Source: Thermodesulfovibrionales bacterium
GTDB taxonomy: Bacteria > Nitrospirota > Thermodesulfovibrionia > Thermodesulfovibrionales > SM23-35
NCBI GenBank assembly: GCA_963715195.1
Contig: CAVQRT010000002.1
Location: 288,001 to 352,000, forward strand
Direction of reading: 5' to 3'
Length of the DNA stretch: 64,000 nt
This document shows positions 34,092 to 45,207 of this stretch, in pieces (position 1 is the first letter of the stretch; each line of letters opens with the position of its first letter). The translations under genes were made by a program, and so were the position numbers. The notes under the pieces were generated by a model, which did no database searches, was not told where the DNA came from, and saw nothing but the letters and a program-made list of their open reading frames with translations.

Positions 34092-35558
34092 ATGAAACGA
34101 AAAATTGCTATTGGGTCAGTGATCCTCATCCTGGTATTTCTCCTCGGGGGACTGACGTTCTTTACCCTTGGCAAAATTACCGGGCAGGGCAGATATATGT
34201 CATCTCATGTCACTCCTAATGTGCCCCGCCAGATTATGGAGACCGGAAGGGCATTCTCAGATATTGTCAATACGGTTTCACCGTCTATCGTAAACATTTC
34301 AACCACAAAGCTTGTCCGAAAAGACACCGGACCGTTTTTCAATGATCCGTTTTTTGACTTCTTCAGTCCATTTCACGATTTCGGGGCGCCAAAAAAATGG
34401 AAGGAGCGGAGTCTCGGCTCCGGTGTCATTGTGTCACCCGACGGATATATCGTCACAAACAATCATGTTGTCGAAAAGTCCGATGAAATAAAGGTGACGC
34501 TTTTTGACAGAAGGGTATTGAAGGGGCGCATCGTGGGTGCAGATCCGAAAACAGATATCGCCATTATCCGTATTGATGCAGGCAATCTGCCGGTCCTCGC
34601 CTGGGGCGATTCCGACAAGCTGCAAGTTGGTGAATTTGTACTCGCGATAGGCAGTCCCTATGGCTTGAGCAATACGGTCACGATGGGCATCATCAGTGCC
34701 GTTGGAAGGGCAAATGTCGGCATTGCTGATTATGAAGACTTTATTCAGACCGATGCAGCGATCAATCCCGGTAATTCCGGTGGGCCGCTCGTTAATATTA
34801 CCGGCGAGCTAATCGGGATCAATACCGCAATATTCTCCAGGACAGGTGGATATCAGGGAATCGGGTTTGCGGTGCCGAGCAATATGGTTCGTCTGGTCAT
34901 GGACCAGCTCATCCAGGAGGGAAAGGTTACGAGGGGGTGGATTGGTGTGACCATACAGGAACTGACACCGGAACTGGCTCAGCAGTTTGGACTGAAACAA
35001 TCAAAAGGGGCCCTTGTCAGTGATATCGTAAAGGGCAGTCCAGCGGCAAAGGCTGGTATTGCGCGCGGTGATATCATCGTTGGATTCAACGGTAAGGAGG
35101 TAAAAGATGTAAGCAGCCTGCGGAACCTCGTTTCCCAGAGCAAAGCCGGCAGTAGTATTACCCTGAAGATACTCCGCGCCGGTAAAGAACTCACGGCAGA
35201 GGTCAACATCGTAGAGTTGCCGAGAGAGGTCGCTGAGGTCGTTCCCGAGCCCGTTCCGGAGGAAGTAGAAACGAAAGTACTGACAGGTCTTGCGGTCATG
35301 GATCTTTCCAAAGAGATCATAAGACAGCTCGGGTTCAACAGGGAAGAGAAAGGCGTCGTGGTGGTGAGGGTAGAGCCGGGAAGTGCGGCGGACGATGCTG
35401 AAATAAAAAAAGGGGATATCATTAAAGAGATCAATAGAAGGGAGATAGATAATCTCTCTACCTACAACAGGGTTCTCACAAGTCTGAAGAGGAATGAATC
35501 CCTGCTTCTCTTTATTAACAGAGGCGGGAAACGGTTTTATGTCATCCTCAAGACATAG
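34092..35558 (+). CDS. degP: HtrA/DegP (Do) serine protease with two PDZ domains
   Basis: GSGVI, TNNHVV, TDAAINPGNSGG. Confidence 0.9.
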   Translation: MKRKIAIGSVILILVFLLGGLTFFTLGKITGQGRYMSSHVTPNVPRQIMETGRAFSDIVNTVSPSIVNISTTKLVRKDTGPFFNDPFFDFFSPFHDFGAPKKWKERSLGSGVIVSPDGYIVTNNHVVEKSDEIKVTLFDRRVLKGRIVGADPKTDIAIIRIDAGNLPVLAWGDSDKLQVGEFVLAIGSPYGLSNTVTMGIISAVGRANVGIADYEDFIQTDAAINPGNSGGPLVNITGELIGINTAIFSRTGGYQGIGFAVPSNMVRLVMDQLIQEGKVTRGWIGVTIQELTPELAQQFGLKQSKGALVSDIVKGSPAAKAGIARGDIIVGFNGKEVKDVSSLRNLVSQSKAGSSITLKILRAGKELTAEVNIVELPREVAEVVPEPVPEEVETKVLTGLAVMDLSKEIIRQLGFNREEKGVVVVRVEPGSAADDAEIKKGDIIKEINRREIDNLSTYNRVLTSLKRNESLLLFINRGGKRFYVILKT

Positions 35559-35566
35559 GGAAGGAG

Positions 35567-36583
35567 GTGAAACCAGTGTTTCTTATTTCACGCATTATAA
35601 TTTTTTTACTGTTTGTTTTTTCAGGATATATCATTGGTCTTAAATATCATTTTGAATTGTATGGTATTTTGGCAGGGCTTTTTCTGGGACTCCTTGCAAT
35701 TACGGCCGAGATAAAATTCAAGAAAATCGAACTCGGCTCCATTATTGCAGGGTTATTTGGTATTTCGTGCGGACTCCTCTTTGCTTACCTCGTTATGCTT
35801 CCCCTCCAACTATTCCTCGGAGACGAGATAAAGACTATTTCTGTTGGATTAATGGTCGTATTCGGATACGGAGGTCTGCTGATCGGATTGAGCAGGGGAA
35901 AGACACTCTCTCTATCAAGCATTTTCAGGCTCTTCCGGGGGCAGGGACTCGAAGAGAACCTCAAAATCCTGGACACAAGTGTCATAATCGACGGACGTAT
36001 TGCAGATATCTGCGAAACAGGCTTCCTTGAAGGGAGTTTCATCGTTCCTCAATTTATTCTGCAGGAATTACAGCATATTGCCGATTCGGCCGACTCCATG
36101 AAGCGGGCTCGGGGACGGCGGGGGCTCGACATACTCCACAGAATTCAGCAGCTCTCCCGAATAACCGTAAAGATCGTCGAAGAAGATTTCCCCAAAATCA
36201 AAGAGGTTGACGCAAAACTCGTTGCATTGGCAAAGGTGTTGAATGCAAAAGTCATTACCAACGATTTCAACCTCAATAAAGTTGCAGAGCTGCAGGGGGT
36301 ATCAGTCCTGAACATTAACGAACTGGCCAATTCATTGAAACCGGTTGTGCTCCCCGGTGAGGCAATGAAGGTATTCATTCTTAAGGAAGGCAAGGAATAC
36401 AACCAGGGAGTTGCTTATCTTGACGACGGGACCATGGTCGTTGTGGAGAACGCACGGAGACTGATCGGGAAAAATACAGAGGTTACGGTAACCAGTGTGC
36501 TTCAGACAACAGCCGGAAGGATGATATTCTCCAAGCTCAAGGAAGATTATGAACGGGAGGAACTGAAAGTTATGACACGGTAG
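35567..36583 (+). CDS. PIN/TRAM domain membrane protein (YacL-like)
   Basis: LDTSVIIDGRI, RGRRGLDIL, TNDFNL, YLDDGTMVVVE; conserved position before ispD. Confidence 0.9.
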   Translation: MKPVFLISRIIIFLLFVFSGYIIGLKYHFELYGILAGLFLGLLAITAEIKFKKIELGSIIAGLFGISCGLLFAYLVMLPLQLFLGDEIKTISVGLMVVFGYGGLLIGLSRGKTLSLSSIFRLFRGQGLEENLKILDTSVIIDGRIADICETGFLEGSFIVPQFILQELQHIADSADSMKRARGRRGLDILHRIQQLSRITVKIVEEDFPKIKEVDAKLVALAKVLNAKVITNDFNLNKVAELQGVSVLNINELANSLKPVVLPGEAMKVFILKEGKEYNQGVAYLDDGTMVVVENARRLIGKNTEVTVTSVLQTTAGRMIFSKLKEDYEREELKVMTR

Positions 36584-36663
36584 TACATTGATATAGGCAT
36601 GATATGGCATTGAAAAACAACAATGCCATATCATGCCTGCTCCTCTCATATAAAACCCCTTCA

Positions 36664-37383
36664 ATGAAAACAATTCAGCAGTGTAAGGTCTCTGCAATTA
36701 TACCGGCTGCCGGACTGGGCAAGCGGTTTGGCCCCGGAAAAGATAAACCGTTCCGGACACTTGGCGGTAAACCACTCATTCTCTGGCCCCTCGAAGCCTT
36801 ACAGTCTATTCCGGGGATTTCAGAGATCATCCCTGTTCTCAGGTTAGAGGACACGGAGAGCGGGCGGGAACTCTTTGAACGATATGGCATCACAAAAATA
36901 AAGCGGATAGCACCGGGAGGAAAAGAACGTCAGCATTCTGTATATAATGGTCTCAAACTCATTGACGATAAATATGGAATTGTTGTTATTCACGACGGAG
37001 CCAGACCCCTTGTAAAGAAAGAGTTTATTGAAGAAATGTTAACTGAGATGGTGGGAAGCAAAGATGCCTTTGACGGAATTATTCCGGGAGTTCCGGTAAA
37101 AGACACCATAAAAGAAGCGGAAAATGGCATGGTAAGAACAACTCTGAAGCGGGATAATCTCTGGGCTGTCCAGACGCCGCAGATTTTCCGGCACGAAAAA
37201 ATCCTTCAGGCATATGAACAGGCGATGAAAAAGCGTTATTACGCAACTGATGACGCTGCGCTTGTGGAGAAATACGGCGGGAAAATAAGAATTATTATGG
37301 GGTCATACCGGAATATCAAAATTACGACCCAGGAGGATCTCATCATCGCAGAAGCGCTGCTGAGAGAAAATTGGAAATCCTAA
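36664..37383 (+). CDS. ispD: 2-C-methyl-D-erythritol 4-phosphate cytidylyltransferase
   Basis: PAAGLGKRF, GGKERQHSV, IHDGARP, VQTPQ, TDDA, NIKIT; start uncertain. Confidence 0.94.
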   Translation: MKTIQQCKVSAIIPAAGLGKRFGPGKDKPFRTLGGKPLILWPLEALQSIPGISEIIPVLRLEDTESGRELFERYGITKIKRIAPGGKERQHSVYNGLKLIDDKYGIVVIHDGARPLVKKEFIEEMLTEMVGSKDAFDGIIPGVPVKDTIKEAENGMVRTTLKRDNLWAVQTPQIFRHEKILQAYEQAMKKRYYATDDAALVEKYGGKIRIIMGSYRNIKITTQEDLIIAEALLRENWKS

Positions 37384-37633
37384 ACTCTGAATTCCAAACA
37401 AAGACAAATATTCAAAATCCGAGATTCAAAAGATTTTGCTTCACTCGTATAAATTTTGAAAATACTAAAAAACAACAGATATACTGTCATTCCGGCCTGG
37501 GCGGAATCTTTCCTCGTATCTTGGCTGCATTCACCTGCAATTGGAAGGACTCCCGACAAGCAGGAATTACAAACAGATTGAAATTTCTTACGCATTTAGA
37601 ATTTGGATATTTGAATTTGGGATTTGGATTTTT
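37375..37633. repeat. Composite intergenic element: inverted heptamer-repeat arms around REP-like copy 4 (37485-37571)
   Basis: Left arm AAATCCT-AAACTCT-GAATTCC..; right arm ..AGAATTT-GGATATT-TGAATTT-GGGATTT-GGATTT; core TGTCATTCCGGCCTGGGCGGAATC..CAGGAATTACA. Confidence 0.68.
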
Positions 37634-37636
37634 AAT

Positions 37637-38110
37637 ATGCGTATCGGCATAGGATACGACTCTCACAGACTTGTTGAGGGGAGAAAATTGATTCTTGGCG
37701 GAGTCGAGATCCCCTTTGAGAAGGGTCTTCTCGGCCATTCTGATGCCGATGTACTCTGCCATGCCATCATGGATTCACTGATCGGAGCACTCGGCCTCGG
37801 TGACATCGGGAAACATTTCCCGGACGATGACCCGCAATGGAAAGGTGTATCAAGCACGCAGTTGCTCGGGCATGTTGCTGAACTAATGCGTTTCAACGGC
37901 TATGAAGTCTCGTGGGTAGACTCGGTAATCATTGCGGAAATACCCCGGTTGTCACCATATATAAACGATATGAAACAGGTACTCTCGGAATCCGGCATTC
38001 CATCCGGGGCGATCAATATCAAGGCCAAGACCAACGAAGGTATGGGGTTCCTTGGAAGAGGCGAAGGTATAGCGGCGTATGCTATCTGCTTACTCAGGAG
38101 CATCGAATAA
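37637..38110 (+). CDS. ispF: MECDP synthase
   Basis: MRIGIGYDSH, GHSDADV, GDIGKHFP, KAKTNEGMGFLGRGEG. Confidence 0.96.
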   Translation: MRIGIGYDSHRLVEGRKLILGGVEIPFEKGLLGHSDADVLCHAIMDSLIGALGLGDIGKHFPDDDPQWKGVSSTQLLGHVAELMRFNGYEVSWVDSVIIAEIPRLSPYINDMKQVLSESGIPSGAINIKAKTNEGMGFLGRGEGIAAYAICLLRSIE

Positions 38111-38121
38111 ATGGGTAAAAA

Positions 38122-39999
38122 TTATTTCAGCAGCAGTTTTCTGATATCGCCGACTCTGAGGGTGATCTTGTGCGAGTCGAGATATTCCAGGAGCGGAAGG
38201 GCATACTTCCGGGAGGTGTTGAGGATATCCCGGAATTCAGCAACAGTCATATCAGGTTTCTTTTTGAAAAAATTCTTTAGATTTGCGATCATCTCCTGAT
38301 GAACCGAAGAAGGCACATACATCGAATCGCTGATTCTCACCAGACTTCCGTCTTTCGCAAGAAGGTTCAGGATATCAGTGAGGCGTTTCATATCGAGTTT
38401 AAAGGTCTGAGAAAGTTCTTCCTTTAGGGGCGGCTGGAAACCGCTTTTTTCGAGGAGTACCAAAATGCTTGTCTTTACAGACTCATCGATCTGCGACAGG
38501 GAAGCTTTAAAAGTAGCAAGACGAACGAGTTCCTTGTCGATCACAATCTCTTTCACAGAATTCGCCAGATTACCGAAAAGCCGCGGTTCGATGGCAGTGC
38601 GGGCGCGGAGCTCCTCCTTGAGCATACCTGGCTTGAGCGGGTTTTTCCTGTGAAAATCTTCCATGATCTTGCGTATTGTCTCTCTGAAGGAATCGAGAGC
38701 ATTCTTATGAATCAGGATATCTTCGAACTGCATCAGGATTCCTTTTTCCCGCAATTCTTTCATGGCGTCCCGGATCGACGGAATCTCTGCCTTGATCCAG
38801 CCTTCAATCAGGAAAGAGCTGATACCATAGATGCCAGACCGTTTCACCTTTATAGCAATTTTATCGGATAACGTGCCTGTTTCAAAAGTTTGCAGATCAT
38901 CAAGACCCTCTTTATAACTCCTGCGGAACGAGAGCGGGTCCAGAACCTCACCGCCGCCAATCGTATCGACGGGAGAGAATCTCCTGATGATATACCGGTC
39001 AGCTGACATGGCGATGACCGGATCGCGAAGCCTGAACTGGCAGTAACAGGATTCATTCGCCTTCAGCTCATTCTGCCCGAAGAGGATAACCCGCGCAATA
39101 GTCTCTGATGTTCCCAGGTGAAAATGAACAAGGCTCTTGCTCTTCAGGACTGGAGCATCCATGAGCAGTTCCACCTTTGCATCGATCTTCCTTGTCGGAG
39201 TTAGACGCCCAGGTATCACAACCGTATCCCCCCTCTGGAGAGCTTCCTTGTCAACCCCCTGCAGATTGATCGCAACCCGCTGACCCGCATATGCTGTCTG
39301 AATGGATTTTCCATGACTGTGGAGACCGCGCACCTTGCTGTGGATTGCGCTTGGCAGGATATCGACATCCTGATCGACCGAGATGCTCCCTGAAACAGCA
39401 GTTCCGGTAACCACTGTCCCGAATCCCTTCAGGGTAAAAACCCTGTCTATGGGGAGTCTGAAGAGCCCCCTCGTCGGTTTTGGTTCAACCTGCAGGGCAA
39501 TCTCCTGTATCTTTTCTTTCAGGGCATCGAGGTTTAACATGGTTTTTGATGAGACAGGCAATACGGGTGTTCCATCGAGAAATGTCCCTCTTATAAAGTC
39601 TCTCACTTCATCCTCAACCAGTTCCAACCAGTCTTTTTCAACAAGGTCCGCCTTCGTGACTGCGACTAGTCCGGACTTTATCTTCAGGAGGTTGCAGATA
39701 TGGAGATGTTCCCGGCTCTGCGGCATGATCCCCTCGTCCGCAGCGATGACCAGAAGAACGAGGTCTATACCGCCTGCACCGGCAAGCATATTCTTTACGA
39801 GTCTTTCATGACCGGGGACATCGACAATCCCGACCGTCAGCCCGTCGGGATAGGAGAGGTCCGCAAATCCCAGGTCAATAGTAATTCCCCGTTCCTTCTC
39901 TTCTTTCAGCCTGTCCGGGTCGACGCCAGTCAAAGCCTTTACAAGAGAGCTCTTGCCGTGATCAATATGTCCGGCTGTGCCAAGAATTACATATCGCAT
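38122..39999 (-). CDS. selB: Selenocysteine-specific elongation factor
   Basis: [27 protein letters not shown]-terminal winged helices with [13 protein letters not shown]. Confidence 0.96.
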   Translation of the reverse strand: MRYVILGTAGHIDHGKSSLVKALTGVDPDRLKEEKERGITIDLGFADLSYPDGLTVGIVDVPGHERLVKNMLAGAGGIDLVLLVIAADEGIMPQSREHLHICNLLKIKSGLVAVTKADLVEKDWLELVEDEVRDFIRGTFLDGTPVLPVSSKTMLNLDALKEKIQEIALQVEPKPTRGLFRLPIDRVFTLKGFGTVVTGTAVSGSISVDQDVDILPSAIHSKVRGLHSHGKSIQTAYAGQRVAINLQGVDKEALQRGDTVVIPGRLTPTRKIDAKVELLMDAPVLKSKSLVHFHLGTSETIARVILFGQNELKANESCYCQFRLRDPVIAMSADRYIIRRFSPVDTIGGGEVLDPLSFRRSYKEGLDDLQTFETGTLSDKIAIKVKRSGIYGISSFLIEGWIKAEIPSIRDAMKELREKGILMQFEDILIHKNALDSFRETIRKIMEDFHRKNPLKPGMLKEELRARTAIEPRLFGNLANSVKEIVIDKELVRLATFKASLSQIDESVKTSILVLLEKSGFQPPLKEELSQTFKLDMKRLTDILNLLAKDGSLVRISDSMYVPSSVHQEMIANLKNFFKKKPDMTVAEFRDILNTSRKYALPLLEYLDSHKITLRVGDIRKLLLK

Positions 40000-40071
40000 A
40001 TGCATTAATTATACCTTAACAGGAGTTTCAGGCAGGGAGTAGTATTTTTGCTTATTCGTGTCAGCAGCGTT

Positions 40072-41199
40072 TTAATACACGAATTGCCCGGCATTCAGAA
40101 TATCTTTTTTGCTTCCGTCCCTACGAACCAATGTTACCGTCGGCCTGAAAAAAACAAAATCCTGGTGAAATGGCGTCTTCACCTTCCCGCCGAAAGAACT
40201 GTTGTCACCCAGTGCGATATGTATGGTGCCGAAAATTTTTTCCGATTCAAGGATATTATCGGGTCTCCTGGCGGCTCTGTTTGTTCCGATACCAAGTTCA
40301 GCGATATTTGCATTTTCTTTTCTTTCATATAACTTTGCACGAAGATATGCAACATAGTCGTTTGTTCCTGCTACGTCTGTTACATAGCCGTCCTGAATTG
40401 TGAGCACAACCGGTGGTGACAACTGTCTGGTAGGGCCCCATTCAAGGACGAGTTTCCCCCGGGCTGAACCCTCCACCGGCGCCAGGAAAACCTCGCCCGC
40501 CGGCAGGTTACCGAAAGCCCCCTTCTTCGTAAGGATCCCTGTATCTGATATCGCTCTTCTCGCTTTCGTTGAAATGGCCAGAGAAGATCCGTTCGGCGTC
40601 TTGATCCTGACAGAATCGGCCGTATTCATCACCTTTGCCAGTTCACGGGTTGTTTTGGTGAGAGCTTTCCAGTCCACATTCATTGCACCTTCGAGCATCG
40701 AGACATCGAAAAGGGGCATACTGGCATATCTGCAGCCGCAGACCCTTGTCAAGAAATCCCTGAAACGGGTATGACTTGTTGAATAATTTGAGAGCGCGAT
40801 GACACAGTGTACTGCACTGGTTCTGTAACTCCTGATGATATCCTCAGCTTTGGCGATATCATGCTCCCGGGCTTTTTTCCGGAGCAGGAGTGAAAAGAGA
40901 CGTGCTTTTTTTAGTGCCTTGATTGCCTCATTTCCGAATGCAAGCATCCAGAGCTCTCCGGGAGGCTCTTCACCGTGGGTACCGGTAGCAGGATATTCAA
41001 AATGGGTTAAGGAAGCGCAGAGCTTCTTTCCGGTTTCGGCAGCAAGCAGGGCGAGAGATCTGAGCTTGTTTCTTCGCTCTTTATCGGATTCCGACGGTTC
41101 TTCGTCCTCCGCAATTCTATCATTGAACAGGAGGACCCGTTCGTATCTTTTCACGCCGAGGTTAATCCGGTAAATGTCTCGCAGGGCAGAGGTTATCAC
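40072..41199 (-). CDS. M29-family (thermophilic) metallo-aminopeptidase
   Basis: GNLPAGEVF, IAELGIGTN, ESEKIFGTIHIALGDN, HQD. Confidence 0.82.
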   Translation of the reverse strand: MITSALRDIYRINLGVKRYERVLLFNDRIAEDEEPSESDKERRNKLRSLALLAAETGKKLCASLTHFEYPATGTHGEEPPGELWMLAFGNEAIKALKKARLFSLLLRKKAREHDIAKAEDIIRSYRTSAVHCVIALSNYSTSHTRFRDFLTRVCGCRYASMPLFDVSMLEGAMNVDWKALTKTTRELAKVMNTADSVRIKTPNGSSLAISTKARRAISDTGILTKKGAFGNLPAGEVFLAPVEGSARGKLVLEWGPTRQLSPPVVLTIQDGYVTDVAGTNDYVAYLRAKLYERKENANIAELGIGTNRAARRPDNILESEKIFGTIHIALGDNSSFGGKVKTPFHQDFVFFRPTVTLVRRDGSKKDILNAGQFVY

Positions 41200-41213
41200 T
41201 GTCTGCAGTGTTA

Positions 41214-42614
41214 TTACCTGAAAAGGAATTCCATTTGTTTGAGGTGTTCACCCGGGAAGCTGATAGGATAATCACAATCAAAACAGGCCGTGCAGTAATT
41301 ATGGGAGCTCGGCACAATTTTCTTGAGTCCCCCGAGACTGAGATACGAGAGTGACTCAGCCGTCACATACTTCCGGATCTCATCAAGCAGATGTGTGGAA
41401 GCAATGAGCTCCCTTCTTGTCGGGGTATCGATGCCATAAAAACAGGGGCCAATCGTTGGAGGAGAACTGATCTTCACATGAACCTCTTTGGCCCCTCCGC
41501 CTTCCCGCAGCATCTTGACGATTTTCTTGCTTGTCGTACCGCGTACGATCGAATCATCAATCACGATCAGCCTCTTGCCCTCGAGGAGTCTTCTCACCGG
41601 ATTTAGTTTGATCTTCACCCCGAAATGCCGGATGTTATTCTTCGGCTCTATGAAGGTCCTGCCGACATAATGGTTTCGTATCAGGCCGAAATCAAAGGGG
41701 ATCTTACTTTCTTCAGAGAATCCGATAGCTGCCGGCACACCGGAATCAGGAACCGGTATGACAAGATCAGCCTCTGTGCTGGACTCACGGGCAAGTTGTC
41801 TCCCGAATTCCTTCCTCATTTCATTCACATTCAGTCCGCCGAAGATATTGCTGTCGGGCCTCGAAAAATAAATAAATTCGAACACACAGAATGCCTTTCT
41901 CGGACTGCTGAATATCTTCATGGATTCCAGCCCCTGCTCATTGATGATCAGTATTTCACCGGGCTCAACATCCCGGATATAGGTTGCACCGATCAGGTCG
42001 AAGGCACACGTCTCTGATGCGATGACATACGCACCATTCTTCATTCCGAGACTAAGCGGCCTGACGCCGTAAGGATCACGGATTGCAATGAGTTCTTTTT
42101 CCCTAAGGATGAGGAGGCTGAAGGATCCGTTTATCTGTGAAATCGCATGGGCTACCCGTTCATAAAACTCGTTTCCCTTTGAATGCGCTATGAGATGAAC
42201 AATAACTTCACTGTCTGATGAAGACTGAAAGATCGCGCCTTCTTCCTCAAGGGATGTTCTGAGGTCTGCTGCACTCACCAGATTGCCGTTATGTGCTATG
42301 GCAAGGGTTCCGAGGGAGAAATTTGCTACGATAGGCTGGACATTCTTCAGCACGCTGCTGCCGGCTGTAGAGTATCTGTTATGGCCTATTGCCATATGAC
42401 CGGGGATCCTCCTCAGGCGTTTTTCACTGAAGACGTCGGCAACGAGTCCCATTGATTTCTCGAGAAAGAGTTGCCTGCCGTCGGAAGAACAGATCCCGGC
42501 GCCTTCCTGTCCCCTGTGCTGAAGTGCATACAAACCGAGATAGGTGAGATTGGCCGCTTCAGGATGCCCGTATATCCCGAATACCCCGCACTCTTCGTGG
42601 ATGTCGTGGAACAT
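41214..42614 (-). CDS. purF: Amidophosphoribosyltransferase
   Basis: [33 protein letters not shown]. Confidence 0.96.
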   Translation of the reverse strand: MFHDIHEECGVFGIYGHPEAANLTYLGLYALQHRGQEGAGICSSDGRQLFLEKSMGLVADVFSEKRLRRIPGHMAIGHNRYSTAGSSVLKNVQPIVANFSLGTLAIAHNGNLVSAADLRTSLEEEGAIFQSSSDSEVIVHLIAHSKGNEFYERVAHAISQINGSFSLLILREKELIAIRDPYGVRPLSLGMKNGAYVIASETCAFDLIGATYIRDVEPGEILIINEQGLESMKIFSSPRKAFCVFEFIYFSRPDSNIFGGLNVNEMRKEFGRQLARESSTEADLVIPVPDSGVPAAIGFSEESKIPFDFGLIRNHYVGRTFIEPKNNIRHFGVKIKLNPVRRLLEGKRLIVIDDSIVRGTTSKKIVKMLREGGGAKEVHVKISSPPTIGPCFYGIDTPTRRELIASTHLLDEIRKYVTAESLSYLSLGGLKKIVPSSHNYCTACFDCDYPISFPGEHLKQMEFLFR

Positions 42615-42695
42615 ACTTGAATATTTTACCATAATGTCGGCGAGCAATTTGAGAAATTCCATTGACCTTATTTGTATTCTATGGTAGAAAATTAC

Positions 42696-44087
42696 ATGAA
42701 TGAGAAACAGCAGCTCCTCTCCATGCTCCCTTCCGTTGATGAAATTTTAAAGAGCTCACCTGGGTCAGCATTGCTGCATACCTATCCGAGAAAATTTGTC
42801 GTCCAGGGCATACGGCAAGGGATTGACCAAAAGAGAAGGGAAATCCTCTCGGGCAGTTCCACTGACCTATCAGGGGAAATTCTTGTAGCGGATATCGAAA
42901 ATATCATCGCACGCCTCTCCGCATTGAGCCTGAAACCGCTTATCAATGCGACCGGCGTCGTCATTCATACAAACCTTGGCCGGTCTACACTCTCTGACCG
43001 GGCACTTGAGAACATCAGGCGGGTTTCGGAGAGTTATTCCAACCTTGAATATGATATCGAACAGGGGAAAAGGGGGAAACGGTATACCCATATCAAACGG
43101 ATCCTCCGCGAGATTACCGGAGCAGAAGATGCGCTTGTCGTAAACAACAATGCGGCTGCGGTGCTTCTCTGTCTCAACACCTTTTCGAAGGGGAGAGAAG
43201 TTATTGTTTCAAGAGGTGAACTGGTCGAGATCGGCGGCTCCTTCCGAATGCCCGACGTCATGGCGTCCAGCGGCGCCATACTTCGTGAAGTCGGCACGAC
43301 AAATAAGACCCATCTGCATGACTATGAAAATGCGATCACCGAACATACGTCGCTCATTTTGAAAATCCATCGTTCCAATTTCCGGATTGTGGGATTTACC
43401 GATGAGGTCTCTGTAGAAGATCTCGTGTCTCTCGGCAGAAAGCATAAGATTCCTGTGATGTTCGACCTCGGCAGCGGATGTCTCATCGATTTACGACAGT
43501 ATGGCTTTTATGATGAACCTGCTGTGCAGGAGGTCGTAAAAACAGGCGTTGATTTGACTACGTTCAGCGGGGATAAACTTCTCGGCGGCCCGCAGGGTGG
43601 TATCATCGTGGGGAAAAAAGAACATATAGAACAAATACAGAAAAACCCAGTAACCAGGGCTGTCAGGATAGACAAACTGACCCTTGCTGGGTTTGAAGCT
43701 ACGCTTATGGAATACCTTGATGAAGAAAAGGCAGTTGCCGCAATTCCAACACTCAGAATGCTCCTGCAGAAACCTGAGGAGATACGGGCGCGGGCGAACA
43801 AGATAGCCAGGAGATTAAAGAAAGCAATTAGCAACGCACACATCCGGGTAATGCCAGATTCATCGAGAGCCGGCGGCGGCGCATTACCGGAGAGGGATCT
43901 GCCAACGTTTGTGACAGCGGTAAGGACAGACAACATGCATGTAAACGAACTCGAAGAAAAACTGAGAAAGGGGACCCCCGCAGTCATAACGCGGATAAAG
44001 GAAGATACCCTCATCCTGGACGCAAGGACCGTGAGAGACCATGATATTCCTGTCATTATACAAAGAATAAAGTCGGCCCTGTCCTAG
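42696..44087 (+). CDS. selA: L-seryl-tRNA(Sec) selenium transferase
   Basis: [46 protein letters not shown]. Confidence 0.96.
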   Translation: MNEKQQLLSMLPSVDEILKSSPGSALLHTYPRKFVVQGIRQGIDQKRREILSGSSTDLSGEILVADIENIIARLSALSLKPLINATGVVIHTNLGRSTLSDRALENIRRVSESYSNLEYDIEQGKRGKRYTHIKRILREITGAEDALVVNNNAAAVLLCLNTFSKGREVIVSRGELVEIGGSFRMPDVMASSGAILREVGTTNKTHLHDYENAITEHTSLILKIHRSNFRIVGFTDEVSVEDLVSLGRKHKIPVMFDLGSGCLIDLRQYGFYDEPAVQEVVKTGVDLTTFSGDKLLGGPQGGIIVGKKEHIEQIQKNPVTRAVRIDKLTLAGFEATLMEYLDEEKAVAAIPTLRMLLQKPEEIRARANKIARRLKKAISNAHIRVMPDSSRAGGGALPERDLPTFVTAVRTDNMHVNELEEKLRKGTPAVITRIKEDTLILDARTVRDHDIPVIIQRIKSALS

Positions 44088-44129
44088 CAGTTATCTAAAG
44101 TAATTTTTATAATCCCAAAAACCTGAAGG

Positions 44130-45200
44130 ATGCAGAAGATTTCCCCGGAGACCATAATCGTAGTTGATGATGAGACCGAGTCTATGTCCGGGATGCGGGA
44201 TTTTTTGACAGAACTGGGTTACCGGGTTCTGGGATTCGTTTCAGGCGGGGAAGCTCTGAATGCTCTCAGGGAGCATAGGTGCGACTTGATTATAACCGAT
44301 CTCATGATGCCTGAAATGGATGGCATGACCTTTATGAAAAGAGCGAAAGAGATTGATCCTCTTATGATCTGCATGATGGTAACGGGACACGCGACCATTC
44401 AGACTGCTGTGGACGCCATGAAAGAGGGGGCGTTCGATTACATAACAAAGCCTTTCGACTGGAAAATACTGAGACTGGTCATTTCCCGCGCCCTTGAGGT
44501 CCGGAGATTGATGCACTCAGAAGAACAATTGAGGATATCGCGAGATCAATTGAGGGCTTTTGCCAGGCGCCTGGCCGAGGCCCAGGAACGGGAGCGCCTG
44601 AGAATAAAACAGGAACTGCATGATGGGGTTGGGCAAGACCTGATTGCACTCGGTATGAATCTGGATTCCCTGCACGACCCGCTGACAGACAAACATACCG
44701 GCCTGACAGATCAGAGATTAACGGATTCACGCAACATCCTGTCTGAATTAAAACAAACTATACGGCATCTTATTGCTGACATCCGCCCTGCTGTTTTAGA
44801 TGACTTTGGAGTGCTCGCAGCAATACAATCCTTTAGTGATACGTTCTCAAAGCGCACCGGATTGCGCATCTTGGTTCAGGGGGATGAAGATATGCCGCGG
44901 CTGCCCGGGTTAACAGAAATTTCCCTCTACCGTATTGTCCAGGAGGCACTGACAAATGTGGCAAAGCACGCACGGGCAGAAAACGTTTCGATATGCCTGC
45001 ATCAATTAGGTACCACCGTTCTCCTCGAAGTTGTGGACGACGGGGTCGGATTCGATCCGTCCCTGTCCCGTCAGGCAAATCAGACAGAGGCATGGGGCAT
45101 ACTCAATATGCGCGAACGATCTGAGGCAATCGGCGGAACACTGCGATTGGAATCTGAAAAGGGGAAAGGCACAAGGGTTATTGTTGAAATAAGGATATAA
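44130..45200 (+). CDS. Hybrid REC + HisKA_3/HATPase sensor kinase
   Basis: VVDDE, TDLMMPEMDG, YITKP; ELHDGVGQ, QEALTNVAKHA, DDGVGF. Confidence 0.88.
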   Translation: MQKISPETIIVVDDETESMSGMRDFLTELGYRVLGFVSGGEALNALREHRCDLIITDLMMPEMDGMTFMKRAKEIDPLMICMMVTGHATIQTAVDAMKEGAFDYITKPFDWKILRLVISRALEVRRLMHSEEQLRISRDQLRAFARRLAEAQERERLRIKQELHDGVGQDLIALGMNLDSLHDPLTDKHTGLTDQRLTDSRNILSELKQTIRHLIADIRPAVLDDFGVLAAIQSFSDTFSKRTGLRILVQGDEDMPRLPGLTEISLYRIVQEALTNVAKHARAENVSICLHQLGTTVLLEVVDDGVGFDPSLSRQANQTEAWGILNMRERSEAIGGTLRLESEKGKGTRVIVEIRI

Positions 45201-45207
45201 TTATCTG

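Noticed and set aside
37371..37652. ORFs across the ispD-ispF spacer and the long IspF N-terminus
   Set aside because: They are translations of repeat DNA; IspF starts at 37637.
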